Assembly: GCF_006345805.1 (NCBI RefSeq)
Contig: NC_042999.1
Span: 63,922,001-63,986,000, forward strand
Length of the DNA: 64,000 bases
Source of the DNA: Octopus sinensis
Lineage: Eukaryota
Direction: 5' to 3'
Positions 1-13,173 of the stretch are shown here, piece after piece. The notes under the pieces are model-generated. The model was not told where the DNA came from, made no database searches, and saw only the letters and a list, made by a program, of their open reading frames with translations. How positions within the stretch are numbered: position 1 is the first letter of the stretch; the number at the start of each line of letters is the position of its first letter. A program made the translations under genes and the position numbers.

Positions 1-770
1 CAACCACTTTACAGTGTGGACTGGGTGCTTTTAAGTGGCACCTACACTGACAGGGTCACCAAGTACTTGCAAGACAAAAGTATAAATTCTCTTTTGATCT
101 TTTGAGAAGGAAGGGGCATTGGAGGAGGTGATCTTGTGTCAAATTATGAAAGGTTATAGTGAGAGACAGATAAAGGTGAGTATGCCCGGCACTTTGCCAC
201 CATCTTTATCCTGCTGTCTCCCACTGACTCTTTCATCTTACACTTCCTTCAGGTTGCGTAGCCATGTATTTCCTTTGCAGCAGCCCACCTGTTTCTGTCT
301 TCATCCCTGATCTCTCCCTCTCTCTCTCTTCAGCTGGGTAACCTTGTACCTATTCTACTGCAAGACACCTGTTTCTGTCTCTGACTATAACCTTTCATAA
401 TTTGACACAAGATCACCTCCTCCAATGCCCCTCCCTTCTCAAAAGATCAAAAGAGAATTTATACTTTTGTCTTGCAAGTACTTGGTGACCCTGTCAGTGT
501 AGGTGCCACTTAAAAGCACCCAGTCCACACTGTAAAGTGGTTGGCGTTTGGAAGGGCATCCAGCTGTAAAAGCCTTGCCTGTGATTGAGTCACATAAAAA
601 GCACTAAGTCCACCCTGGTGAGTGTTTAGCATTAGGAAGGGCATCCAGCTGTAAAAATCCTCAAACAGTTGCAAAAGTCTGGTGCAGGCTTCTGCCTGGC
701 TGTCTGTTGTCAAACTGTCCCACCCATGCGAGCAAGGACATTAAACGATGGTGATGATGATGATGATAAT
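1..770 (+). mobile_element. RTE-tail-like SINE/LINE remnant with inverted (fold-back) duplication; left arm runs off the window
   Basis: 1-170 is the reverse complement of 374-543 with about 2 mismatches seen. The right arm continues into the family ending ...ggacattaaacgatg(gt)gatgatgat. Confidence 0.65.
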
Positions 771-893
771 AATGAATATATACATATATATATATTCAGC
801 AGGTGCAGGCATTGATGTATGGTAAAAATGTTCTTCTCAGCCACATAGTTCTGGGTTCAGTCTCACTGCATACCACCTTGCATAAGTGTCTTC

Positions 894-943
<50 letters not shown>

Positions 944-1136
944 TGTGCATGTGTGTGTATTTATGTCCCTGTAACCCATCAGATTGGCAAAAGAGACTGA
1001 TAGACAAAGTACCAGATTTCGAAAAATAAGTACTGGTTTGACTAAGACTCTTTAAGGTGGTGCTCCAGCATGGCTGCAGTCAAATGACTGAAATGAGTAA
1101 AAGAGAGTAAAAAAGAGAATATATATATATATATAA

Positions 1137-1434
1137 AATTAGAAAAAAACCCACCTTTTATCAATTCACAATGAACAATTAAATTACACCATCTAGAAAA
1201 TTACATGTATTAGAATAACAATAAAATGCCAATGATTAAGTAAATTGCAAAAAAATATAAAAACGTATATATATAATCTACCAATTATATACGTTTTTAT
1301 ATTTTTTTTGCAATTTACTTAATCATTGGTATTTTATTGTTATTCTAATTTTAATATTTCTATTATATGTAATTTTCTAGATGGTGTAATTTAATTGTTC
1401 ATTTGAATTGATAAAAGGTGTTTTTTTTCTAATT
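1137..1434. repeat. AT-rich fold-back inverted repeat flanked by (TA)n
   Basis: Arms of about 140 bp (aattagaaaaaaacccacc...aaaacgtatat / atatacgtttt...ggtgttttttttctaatt) surround a 6-nt centre at 1278-1283. Confidence 0.85.
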
Positions 1435-1994
1435 ATTTATATATATAAATTATATTGTGTGAAATTTGATTTAGTATTTCTAAATTGATTTTTTGTTTTT
1501 TCCCTGTAAGTTTGGATTAATATTCCCTCAAATAATAATTATTATATATATATACGTATATCATATTTTTTGCTCATGTCTGTGGAACATTGACAATAAA
1601 TCAATCATTAATGTTATATCATACAGCAATCGCTTTAATGTTGCTAACTTGGTAAAAATAATAGATTTACTATTTTGGTTAAGCTGTCTTTTTCAAGACT
1701 ACTCAGCTTCAAATTCTTCAAATTCTCCCTTGGCATAGTTCTCCACTCCTATCTGATAAAATTTTGTTTGTTTGTTTTGCCTTTGCTTTTTCTTGTCTTC
1801 TTACCTCCTCCTCATCATCCTTCCTTACTGTCCTCTCCTCCCCCTCTCCCTCCCTTGAAGTATGTAGAGTACATTAAAAAAAATTTGTTTGATATATTTG
1901 AAAAATGTATGCAAAATTGTTTCAGTGTTAGTGAGGGATGCATGATGGGACAGAAATACTGGATATAAAGTGTGCATAAATACATACATACATA

Positions 1995-2380
1995 CTCTTT
2001 TACTTGTTTCAGTCATTTGACTGTGGCCATGCTAGAGCACCGCCTTTAGTCGAGCAAATCGACCCAAGGACTTATTCTTTTGTAAGCCTAGTACTTATTC
2101 TATTGTCCCTTTTGCCGAACCGCTAAGTTACGGGGACACAAACACACCAGCATTGGTTGTCAAGCTATGTTGGAGGGGACAAACATAGACACACAAACAT
2201 ACACACACACATATACGACAAGCTTCTTTCAGTTTCTGTCTACCAAATCAACTCACAAGGCTTTGGTCGGCCTGAGGCTATAGTTGAAGACACTTGCCCA
2301 AGGTGCCATGCAGTGGGACTGAACCTGGAACCATGTGATTGGTAAGCAAGCTACTTACCACACAGCCACTCCTACACCTA
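1995..2380 (-). mobile_element. tRNA-derived SINE family A (CORE-like domain, internal TA/TG microsatellite)
   Basis: Head ggagtggctgtgtggtaag...ggttcagtccc, CORE-like ggcaccttgggcaagtgtctt, tail gactgaaacaagtaaaagag; more than 10 copies in the window. Confidence 0.85.
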
Positions 2381-2864
2381 TGAAAAATGTAGACAAACAA
2401 AATACCATTAAGAAATTCGCCCGGCGCGCTAGCGTTTCTGCCAGCTTGCCGCCTATACATACATATATATATATATGTATGTGTGTGTGGTGGTGGTGGT
2501 AGATCTTCATCATTTTGTGATGAGGATTCAGTTGTTCAATTAACTAAACTATCTACTCCTTAATTAATGTGTAAGGTGGTTGGGTACTTCACAGACACAT
2601 GTACCATTAACATAATTCCCAGGCAGTATAAGTATGCCACAGTATGTGACAAGGCTATACCATCTGAATTACAATCTAACCCATAGACTGTTACAGAGTT
2701 TTGTGTTTACCCTATTTCACTCATAAGGGACGAGTTGATCTGATGCTAAAAAAAATATTACATTTGCCCAATATGTAATGCAGTAAGATTGAAACTGGGC
2801 CCTCCTGGTTGCAAAGCAAAAAATTTAACTATTTGGTCACACTGTGTCTACTGTATGTGTGTCA

Positions 2865-3115
2865 TCATCATCATCATTTAACGTCCGCTTTCCATGCTAG
2901 CATGGTTGGACGATTTGACTGAAGACTGGCGAACCAGATGGCACACCAGGCTTCAATCTTGATCTGGCAGAGTTTCTACAGCTGGATGCCCTTCCTAACA
3001 CCAACCACTCTGAGAGTGTAGCAGGTGTTCTTACGTGCCACTGGCATGAGGGCCAGTCAGGTGGTATTGGCAACGGCCACACTCAAATGCTGCTTTTTAC
3101 GTGCCACAGTTGCCA
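2865..3115 (-). mobile_element. SINE-like family D with (GAT)n tail
   Basis: catcatcatttaacgtccgctttccatgctagcatgg...ctacagctggatgcccttcctaac is shared with 3983-4325 and 8500-8900. Confidence 0.75.
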
Positions 3116-3399
3116 GTGGCACTGGAAACGGCCTCGCTCGAAAAAATATAGTATAGTAAAATATTTATGTTTTCTGTTTTTATTTAAATAAATTCTTCCT
3201 CTGAGAAAGCAGCTGGTTTCTAACAAAGATACAAAGCTCCATCATTGAAATGTAAATAACAAAAACAATGTTACATTTTAAACTTCAGAAAAGTCTTGCA
3301 GATTTTGACTATTCCACTTACAGATTGTATTTGTAATCTGCAAGTTAGTTGGTTGATTTCTCTTTTTTGAAAGTCCTAGCTTATTCAGATTGTCACTCG

Positions 3400-3880
3400 A
3401 GCATTTAATCATCAAGCCAAGCACAGTAATTATTATTGGTATAAATGTGAATTTATAATCTGGGTATAGGAGTTGAATGTTTCAAAGTAATTGACCGTAG
3501 TTATCCTCTTTCTCTTTGATTTTCTAACAGATATTTCCATCAGTAGGACAGCTGACTTCTATGATGGTACATACTTTTTCTTGTTTGTCCCAAACAATGA
3601 CATCTGGCTTGTTATGTTTACACTTGACAGATGTTTTGATGGGAATGTTCCATCCGAATTTCTTGATGTTCATGTATGTATTCCATAACAGGGGGATCCT
3701 TTTGTATTTGTTCCTGGACAGTCTTTTTTTCAAATGGCATTGTATACTGTTTTTTTTGCAAAATCTTCATATTGCATAGGGAGGTAGTATCTTGATGACA
3801 TTTTTGGGCAGGTGCTAATCACAGGTGATGTCTTCCACAGAAATGGGACATAAACTACATTTTCGGTTGCATCTTCATGT
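3400..3880 (-). mobile_element. Non-LTR retrotransposon remnant, restriction-like (REL) endonuclease domain (R4/Dong/NeSL-type)
   Basis: HNKPDVIVWDKQEKVCTIIEVSCPTD (PD..D/E motif), preceded by STCPKMSSRYYLPM (CCHC/RHD region); frameshifted. Confidence 0.75.
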
Positions 3881-3982
3881 TTGAAAGGCTTCACTGTCTC
3901 TCTGTTTGTTTGTTTGTTTGTTTGTTTGTTTGTATGTATGTACGTATGTACATACATATATATGTATGTACTTATCCTCCTC

Positions 3983-4325
3983 CTCATCATCATTGTTTAA
4001 CGTCCGTTTTCCATGCTAGCACGGGTTGGATGGTTCAACCGGGGTCTGGGAAGCCAGGAGGCTGCACCAGGCTCCAGTCTGATCTGGCAGTGTTTCTACA
4101 GCTGGATGCCCTTCCTAACGCCAACCACTCTGTGAGTGTAGTGGGTGCTTTTTACATGCCACCGGCACGGGGGCCAGGGGAGGCTGGCAAACGGCCACAA
4201 TCGGTTGGTGCTTTTTACATGTCACTGACACAGATGTCAGTCAGCATCAGCCACGTTTGGACGGAGCTTTTTATGTGTCACCAGCACGGGTATCTTAACT
4301 ACAATTTCCATCTGATTTTTATTTT
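3983..4325 (-). mobile_element. SINE-like family D
   Basis: Same body as 2865-3115 and 8500-8900. Confidence 0.75.
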
Positions 4326-4366
4326 GATGTTATGTTCGTGTATTTATGTATGTATGCATGTATGTA

Positions 4367-4680
4367 TGTGGAGGCGCAATGGCCCAGTGGTTAGGGCAGC
4401 GGACTCGTGGTCGTACAATCGCAGTTTCGATTCCCAGACTGGGCATTGTGAGTGCTTATTGAGCGAAAACACCTAAAAGCTCCATGAGGCTCCGGCAGTG
4501 GGGTGGTGGCAATTCCTGCTGTACTCTCTCACCACAACTTTCTCTCACTCTTTCTTCTGTTGGCCTGCTCGCTTAGCGAGCAGAGTGGTGTCACTTGATG
4601 GCTAAAACAATGCAAAGCGCATTGTGACCAGCAATGTGTAGCAACGTCAGATAGCCTGGTTGGTCACATGATCATGTGAT
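4367..4680 (+). mobile_element. tRNA-derived SINE family C
   Basis: Head tgtggaggcgcaatggcccagtggttagggcagcggactc...gtttcgattccc (A/B boxes) is shared with 4805 and 55941. Confidence 0.85.
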
Positions 4681-4804
4681 GTATGTTCATATGTATGTAC
4701 GTACATATTTATGTATGTATTTACATTTGTAAGTACATACACTTATTTAGTCCCAGATCAGTTCTGATCAAGCAAACATATTATCTAAAGTATTCTAGTT
4801 ATGC

Positions 4805-5120
4805 TGTGGAGGCGCAATGGCCCAGTGGTTAGGGCAGCAGACTTGCGGTTGAAGGATCGCGGTTTTGATTCCCAGACTGGACATTGTGAGTGTTTATTGA
4901 GCGAAAGCACCTAAAGCTCCATGAGGCTCCGACAGGGTGTGGTGGTGAACCCTGCTGTACTCTTTCACCACAACTTTCTTTCACTCTTTCTTCTTGTTTC
5001 TGTTGTACCTGTAATTCAAAGGGCCAGCCTTGTCACAATCTGTGTCATGCTGAATCTCCCCGAGAACTATGTTAAGGGTACACATGTCTGTGGGGCGCTC
5101 AGCCACTTGCATGTTAATAA
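4805..5120 (+). mobile_element. tRNA-derived SINE family C head with family E 3' half
   Basis: The head matches 4367; the 3' part aaagggccagccttgtcac...gggtacacatgtctgtgg matches 57890-57960. Confidence 0.8.
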
Positions 5121-5748
5121 ATGAGCTGTGATTTCACTGGTGCCAAGCTGTATCGGCTTTTGCCTTTCCTTTGGATAACATCGGTGGCGTGGAGAGGGGA
5201 GGCTGGTATGCATGGGCGACTGCTGGCCTTCCATAAACAACCTTGTCCGGACTATGTGCCTTGGAGGGTAACTTTCTAGGTGCAATCCCATGGTCATTCA
5301 TGAACGAAGGGGGTCACACATCTAGTTATGCTATAGTTCTAAATCTAGTGATTTAATACTGTAACACACTATGAGCAGCATGTATAGCAAGATAGAAATA
5401 TAATATATTATGCATATATAGCCAGAATAAAATATGATATATTATGTATATATAGTAAAACAGAAATATAGTATAGGATTTATGTTAATATAGTGAAATA
5501 GAAACGTAATATAGCATGTATACATAAGATAGAAATATTGTTTGTCTGTATAGCCTATATTACCATCAACATCATGTGAGATAATTTGTTAGGGCTTGAA
5601 TGACAGCACAGTCCTTCTTCAGTACAGGGGAAGGAGTGGTCTTGGAGGAAAGCAGTTTTGAGTATGATTCTGCATGCTCTTCTCAGTGTGTGGCAGAGCT
5701 GATTCTGAGAAGAGAGAGAGAGAGAGAGAGAGAGGAATTAACTTCAGT

Positions 5749-6146
5749 ACTCTTTTACTTGTTTCAGTCATTTGACTGTGGCCATGCTGGACCACCACCT
5801 TTAGTCGAGCAGGACTTATTCTTTGTAAGCCTAGTACTTATTCTATCGGTCTCTTTTGCTGAACCACTAAGTTACAGGGACGTACACACACCAGCATTGG
5901 TTGCCAAGCGATGTTGGTGGGGACAAACACAGACACACAAACATATATACACACTCATGCATATATATATATACATATATACGACAGGCTTCTTTCAGTT
6001 TCCGTCTACCAAATCCACTCACAAGGCTTTGGTTGGCCCAAGGCTATAGTAGAAGACACTTGCCCAAGGTGCCATGCAGTTGGACTGAACCCGGAACCAT
6101 GTCGTTGGTAAGCAAGCAACTTACCACACAGCCACTCCTACGCCTA
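5749..6146 (-). mobile_element. SINE family A
   Basis: Full-length match to the 1995-2380 family. Confidence 0.85.
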
Positions 6147-6379
6147 TTTCAAAAAAAGTACTTGACTTATTTACTGAGTCTGGAGGTAAGGGCAGAGCCG
6201 ATGATCTTGACAGGCCCTCTGAGACTGGTGAGATTGATGTTAATGTTCTGATTAAACTGCTGCTGGTCATCACTGACAGGAAAGAAGTGAATTGGGTGTG
6301 GAGAAGAGAATCCATAAGGCCAATATTCTGGGGTTGGAGGATTGGGCATAATCCCTTGTATTACATGCAGAAGGCCTGA

Positions 6380-6995
6380 AACTTTGGTGGGAGGAGGCTA
6401 GTCAATTACATCAACCGCAGTGGTTGACTGGTACTTATTTCCTCGACCCTGAAGGGTTGAAAGGCAAAGTCGACCACGGCAGTATTTGAACTCATATTGT
6501 AAACACGGATGAAATGCCTCTAAGCATTTTGTTTAGTGTCCTTAGCAATTCTTATTTCTTTACTGCCCACAAGGGGCTAAACATAGAGGGGACAAACAAG
6601 GACAGACAAAGGGAGTAAGTCAATTATATTGACCCCGGTGTGTAACTGGTACTTATTTAATCGACCCTGAAAGGATGAAAGGCAAAGTCGACCTCGGCGG
6701 AACTCAGATTGTAAACACAGATGAAATGCTTCTAAGCATTTTGTTTAGTGTCCTAGCAATCCTTATTTCTTTACTACCCACAAGGGGCTAAACATAGAGG
6801 GGGCAAACAAGGACAGATAAACGGATTAAGTCGATTATATCGACCCCAGTGCGTAACTGGTACTTATTTAATTGATACTGAAAGGATGAAAGGCAAAGTC
6901 GACCTTGGTGGAATTTGAACTCAGAATGTAGCGGCAGACGAAATACTGCTAAGCATTTCGCCTGGTGTGCTAACGTTTCTGCCAGCTCGCTGCCT
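6380..6995 (-). mobile_element. tRNA-derived SINE family B with tandem partial duplications
   Basis: aaggcagcgagctggcagaaacgttagc... head, and the gtcgactttgcctttcatcctttc...gtcgat..aagtaccag domain (Meta/Sauria-SINE-like) repeated three times. Confidence 0.8.
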
Positions 6996-8402
6996 TAGGA
7001 TTGGACATGATGACCATCTTCCATGCCAGCATGAAAGATGGATGTTAAACGATGATGATCATCATCATCTCCCAATTGTGTGATCTGATAGGAAACTTCT
7101 GAGCCAGGAGATGAGGGCCTATAGGCAGGAAGTTTAGACAAGAAATTTGCATGCCTGCACAGATGAAGTCTTAGCTGATATCCAGAGCAATAACATTGCT
7201 TTTTCTCAACTTTTCTAAAGTGAGAACCCACAGGTGAGTGACATAAGTATTTCTCTAATGAGTCTGGCTCATTGGTAACCATACTAGTGGTCATTGAGGA
7301 TAGAAAAAAGAGAGAGAGTGATATTTTAGCTGATGGATAACATCATTGCTAATGACTGTCTCCATTACCATGGGTGTTAGGGGTTAGGTAAGATTATTCT
7401 TGACCATGACCATCATGTATTTTAGGAATGTCTAGGATTACATTATCTAATATGTTCTTTTCTTATTTAAATCAAGTGTGAATTGAGGAAGATTTGGCTG
7501 TTATTTCTAACTGTACATGTGACCACATAGGGCTTCCCTTGTTAGGCCATGCTGGTAAGTGAAGGTTACTAATCAGGTTGGTAGACACGATCTTTGATGT
7601 TTATGTGTATAGCAGCTGTCCTGTGTCAGATAGGTATGTGAGTGGCATGTTAATGCGGGACACACGGACACACATATGTGTACACATGCGCACGTATGTA
7701 TTTAAGTTGTAGAGAATCAGTTACTAGTCAGAAGTGAAGTATTGAAATAATCAAACTGAGAAAAACAGGTGTCATCTTATACCTTACCTAGAGGCACAAG
7801 ACAATGGTTTCTTTGAGATTTGAACTCGTGACCTTTTGGTTAGTAGATTTGTACTTTAACCTCACATGAAAATATAATAAATTAGAAAAAAAAAACAAAT
7901 GGAAATGTTTAGACTTCAGGTTAGCAAAATCTATTGTCAAAACTAATAGCATTTTCGTGATGGTGGTGGTGGTGGTGGTTATAGTGGCAGGTAGTGATGG
8001 TGGTGAGGATGATAAAAAGTGCTAGTAGTTTTGGTGATGATGATGGTGCTAGTGATGCTGGTGGTTGTATCGATGGTGACAGTTGTAACTGACACCATCG
8101 GAGACAAGCATTTCTATGGATATATTTAGTGCAGGCATATCAAATTCATTTGGTTTTGTGAGACAGATTGAAACAATTTAGATTTCAAGAGCCAGACTGA
8201 GACAATTACTTCAAGAAAATGGATAAAGGTCTTGGTAAATATTATAACAACTATATTCTAGGCACAAGGCCAAAATTAGGAGAAGGGGCCAGAATCTTGG
8301 AAATGAAGGACATCGCTTGCATGACTGTAACACTTGTTCACAACTGTCACGCAATGTAAAGTTAAGGAGGTGTAACACACACGCGTGTGCTCACACATAT
8401 AA

Positions 8403-8900
<498 letters not shown>

Positions 8901-8904
8901 GATG

Positions 8905-9128
8905 GGCTGGCAGAAACATTAGCGCGCTGGGCGAAATGCGTAGCCGTATTTCGTCTGCCGTTACGTTTTGAGTTCAAATTCCGCCAAGGTCGACTTTGCC
9001 TTTCATCCTTTTGGGGTCGATTAAATAAGTACCAGTTGCGCACTGGGGTCGATGTTATCGACTTAATCCCTTTGTCTGTCCTTGTTTGTTCCCTCTGTGT
9101 TTAGCCCCTTCTGGGTAGTAAAGAAATA
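8905..9128 (+). mobile_element. SINE family B
   Basis: Family B head, body and ...gtagtaaagaaatag tail. Confidence 0.85.
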
Positions 9129-9779
9129 GATATGATGGGCTACCTTTAGTTTCCTCCTACCAGATCTACTCCCAAGGATTTGGTTGGCTCGAGGCTATAG
9201 TAGAAGACATTTGCTCAAGGTGCTATGCGAAGAGACTGAACTCAGAACCATGTTGTTGGGAAGCAAACATCTTATTACTCACCCATTTGTTGAGAGTCAT
9301 TAATCAACGTTGCTGCAGACAATCCTTATTCCTATTAATTATACAAATGTTAAACATAGCATGACCCCAGTCCCTTTCTTTTAATTCAGTCTCTGTCAGA
9401 TTATGGACACATTGTAACTATCCACTTGTCTTTTAAATCCATGTACTTTAAATAGGATTTCCTTATCAGGACTATTCACAGAAAATTCAGCACTGTTACT
9501 ATTCACTGAAAATCCGGCACTGTTTGTTTAGAATTGTGGTTTGGTAATGTTTGCATTTTTATGCTATTGTAAAGCAAAATTATTCCACCTGTAATAACAT
9601 CACGCATTAAATCATGGTACTTACTTCATCAACCACAAAAGGATGAAAAGCAAAGTTGACCTTGGAATTTGAACTCAGAACGTAAAGACAAATGAAATGC
9701 CACAAAGTGCTTTGTTTGGCATGCTAACGGTTCTGCCAGTTCACTGCTTTGATAATAATAATTGTGCTGCATATGCAAT

Positions 9780-10440
9780 AGAGTGGATGATACCATTGTC
9801 CATATCACAAATGCCCTAGACTTGCCCAAAACCACTACAAGTTGTGGCGACACAATCAGGTAGTGAAAGTGCTACATTGAAAACTGTGCAAAAAGTGGGG
9901 GCTAGAGAGAAGCAAGATATGATATGAGCACAAACTGCAGAGTGTAGCAGAGTTGGAGATTAGCAAAATCCTCTGGGATTTTCCAATTCAAACAGATCAG
10001 GTGCTAGAGCATAACAGACCGGACCTAGTGGTGGTGGACAAGGTGTACCACGTATGCTATATAGTTGATGTTGCATGCTCCTTTGACCCATGAATAGTTA
10101 AGAAGGAAGTCAAAAAGGTTAATACAACCCTCTTAAGTATAAAATAGTCCGGCTATGGAAAATTAAGAAGGTGAAGATAGTGCAAATTATTGTTGGTATC
10201 ACAAGGCATCAAGAGGAATATTAAGGAAATTGGAATAGAGTGCCCAGAAGAACTGTTACAAAAGGTTTGCCTCCTTGGCATGGCCAAAATAATCAGGTAA
10301 GTATTAGTATAACACTAGATAGAAAGTATTAAAAAAGAATGAATAGCATGGTACCGTAGGCTGCAGGTAGGAAGCCTGCTATGCATGCAAGACTCCAGGA
10401 GCTCCAACAAAACATAATAAAGAGAAAATAATAATAATAA
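9780..10440 (+). mobile_element. 3' end of REL-endonuclease non-LTR retrotransposon (R4/Dong/NeSL-like), ending in (AAT)n
   Basis: Degenerate translation CPRLAQNHYKLWRHNQV...KILWDFPIQTDQVLEHNRPDLVVVDK...CYIVDVACSFDP. Confidence 0.8.
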
Positions 10441-10445
10441 TAATA

Positions 10446-10986
10446 AATGCCCTGATGCAGTGGCTCTCATGGCTTCTGATCTTAACTGATTGGAAATGTT
10501 ATCATGTATTGTTTTGTTTTGGTATAAAAGATGGGCTACAGCAAATATTCTGCTCAATACTACAGATTTGCTTGTCAGTTGTTTGACCATAACCAGTTGA
10601 GCATGTCCCTTAGTGGCTGACAATACGTGCAATCTGATCATGAGCAGTTGTGGGAAGCATCATAGCCATGTGTTGAGAGGGATTCTTTGGGGTTTGGATA
10701 ATTCACCTTTGGAAACATGGGTGGTTCATTCAACATCCTTAAACAATCCTTATTCAGGGACCTTTTGAGCAGGATGGGCTACTCAACCAGAAGAAAATTC
10801 TAACTGGGCCCCCACCTGCAAGGTCATGTGCTGTTTATCTTGATATGAGACCACGATGTCACGCATACACTGTTGTGATGCATGTGCCTAGCGTACCCTT
10901 ATCAGATGGGTAGTCATGATGCGTATACTGGGCTTCGTATATTTTACCCCAGTGTCACTTTGATGGCATGCACTGCTCTCTCACTC

Positions 10987-10987
<1 letters not shown>
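10446..10987. mobile_element. Non-coding ~550-bp interspersed element embedded in (AAT)n
   Basis: Clearly homologous over its whole length to 58343-58897; both copies are bounded by (AAT)n/(AAC)n on both sides. Confidence 0.8.
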
Positions 10988-11036
<49 letters not shown>

Positions 11037-11399
11037 TAATAACAATAATAATAATAATCCTTTCTACTGTAGACACTAGGCCTTGAAATTTTGGGGGAGA
11101 GGACTTGTCGATTACATCGACCCTAGTGTTTCACTGGTACTTAATTTATCAACCCACTGAACATAACGGCAGGTGAAATACTGCAAAGCATCTTGCCTGG
11201 CATATTAATGGTTTTGTCAGCTCGCTGCCTTAGAAATAACTAATACACTTTTCTACTCTAGGCATAAGGCTCAACATTTTTGGAGAGAGGGCCAGTCAAT
11301 TAGATCGACCGCAGTACGAAACTGGTACTTAATTTATCGACCCCGAGAGGATGAAAGGCAAAGTCGACCTCGGCGTAAAGTAACTAATATTCACCTATA

Positions 11400-11780
11400 A
11401 ACACCTTTCTGTTTTCAATTGTCTTCAGCTTCCCTCTTTCGTAAATTCTTTTCAGCGTATATTGCATTGCATACCAAGAATTTATTATGTAAGTCAAGAT
11501 GTCCGCTTTGTGAAGAGCAGAGTATCCAGAATCATATCTCGAGTTTATGCAGACCCATATTGCGGAAAGAGGTCAACATTGAAGTTGAAAACACTATATT
11601 GTTATCGAATCTACAAAACCAACATCCTTGTACAGCCAGCATAAGTTCACATTTTCCTGGTTCATTATTAAGCGATGCAGTAATGTCCGCTTTTTGAGAT
11701 ATAGAGTATCAAGGACTACATTATCAAGTGAGTTTTTCAAATTTTTAAGATGATAAGGTGTGATCTAATGAAATTTTTTG
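11400..11780 (-). pseudogene. Possible decayed ankyrin-repeat coding relic
   Basis: With frameshifts reads ITPYHL...KADITASLNNEPGKCELMLAV...QYGS(D)INSRYDSGYSALHKA; the last motif matches ankyrin DVNxxDxxGxTPLHxA spacing. Confidence 0.35.
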
Positions 11781-13173
11781 CTATCCCCAGCAAACTGACT
11801 GACTGCAAAAAGGCTCCTTCTTTCCTAGTTTTTGTGTAGTTTAACTGCAGACCTGATCTAAGAGAGCCGACTCGGGGCTAAGGAACAACTTTTTAGAGAT
11901 TCATTAAAAAATGAAAGTTGCCCACACGAAGTAACTGCTTCAACGTATCTTAACATGCGTTTTCAGGAAGTTTATACTTGTATAACTTGTCTACTTAGGT
12001 AGAAAAATAAAGTGAAAGAAATGTAAATAAAATCATTTCTGAAGTGAACATCTTCTTATAAGCATACAGAGATTTATCTTTATAAACAATAATAATAATA
12101 ATAATTGAGCTAAGGGGCTTGCCTTAATCATATAATTACTTATACTTGTCATAATAATCATTTCTAAAATACGCACAAGGTATCAAATACAGAGGAATGG
12201 GTTAAACATTCAATTAAATGACCTGACCTAATATGTCACTGATAATTTATATTACCGATTCCGGTAAAATGAAAGACGAAGCTGACCATAACAGAATTTA
12301 GACACGAAATGTAAAAGGCTGAGTAACCTAATTAAATTGAAACTCTGTGTCTGGTGATCCACTGGTTTTCTGAACGAAGCCCTGTCTTTTTAACACACGT
12401 TTTTCTGAGGAATTTTCTGAGACAAAAAATATTACAGCTAGTGCCATCTCACGTATGTATACACAATATTAATGTTATACACACCGGTAATTTAATCAAG
12501 TGTGTATATCAATAATGGGTTTCATCTCCCACATTGCCTATTCTGCCATCACCTGCAGTTTCTCGTTTTAATTGTCAGTGAAGCCATTAGAGAAACAAAT
12601 CAGCTCAACATTAAACTGATTAACAGACATTCCATATTGTGTTCAAGTGTGTGTGTTCTACTGAACACACACACTTGCTCCAGGCCGAGCAATGCCTTAA
12701 CAGTGGATTTGTTTGGTGGAAACTGAGGAAGCCCGCTGCGCGCACCTTTCTGTTTGTGCGTGTCCACTTCATCACTTGACAATCAGTGTTGGTGTGCTAT
12801 GTCCTCGTAACTTAGTGTTTCAGCAAATCATTGATAAAATAAGTATCAAACATAAAAAGAAAAGTACTGGAGTCGATCTGTTTGACCAAAACCCATCAAG
12901 GCAGTGCCCCAGCATGACCGCCGTTCAATGGCTGAAACTAGTAAGAGATAAAAGTGTTATAGAGGCCAGCTGTTTTGAAGATGTGAACAGCGAGGAGAAT
13001 AACAACTATGGATGTGGCTATGTGGTTAGAAGTTTGCTTCCCAGCCACAAGTTTCTGGGTTCAGTCCCACTGCATGGAACCTTGGGCAATTGTCTTCTAC
13101 TATTACCCTCGAACAGACCTAAGTTTTATGAGTAGATTTGGTAGATGGAAACAGAAAGAAGCCGTTGTTTATA

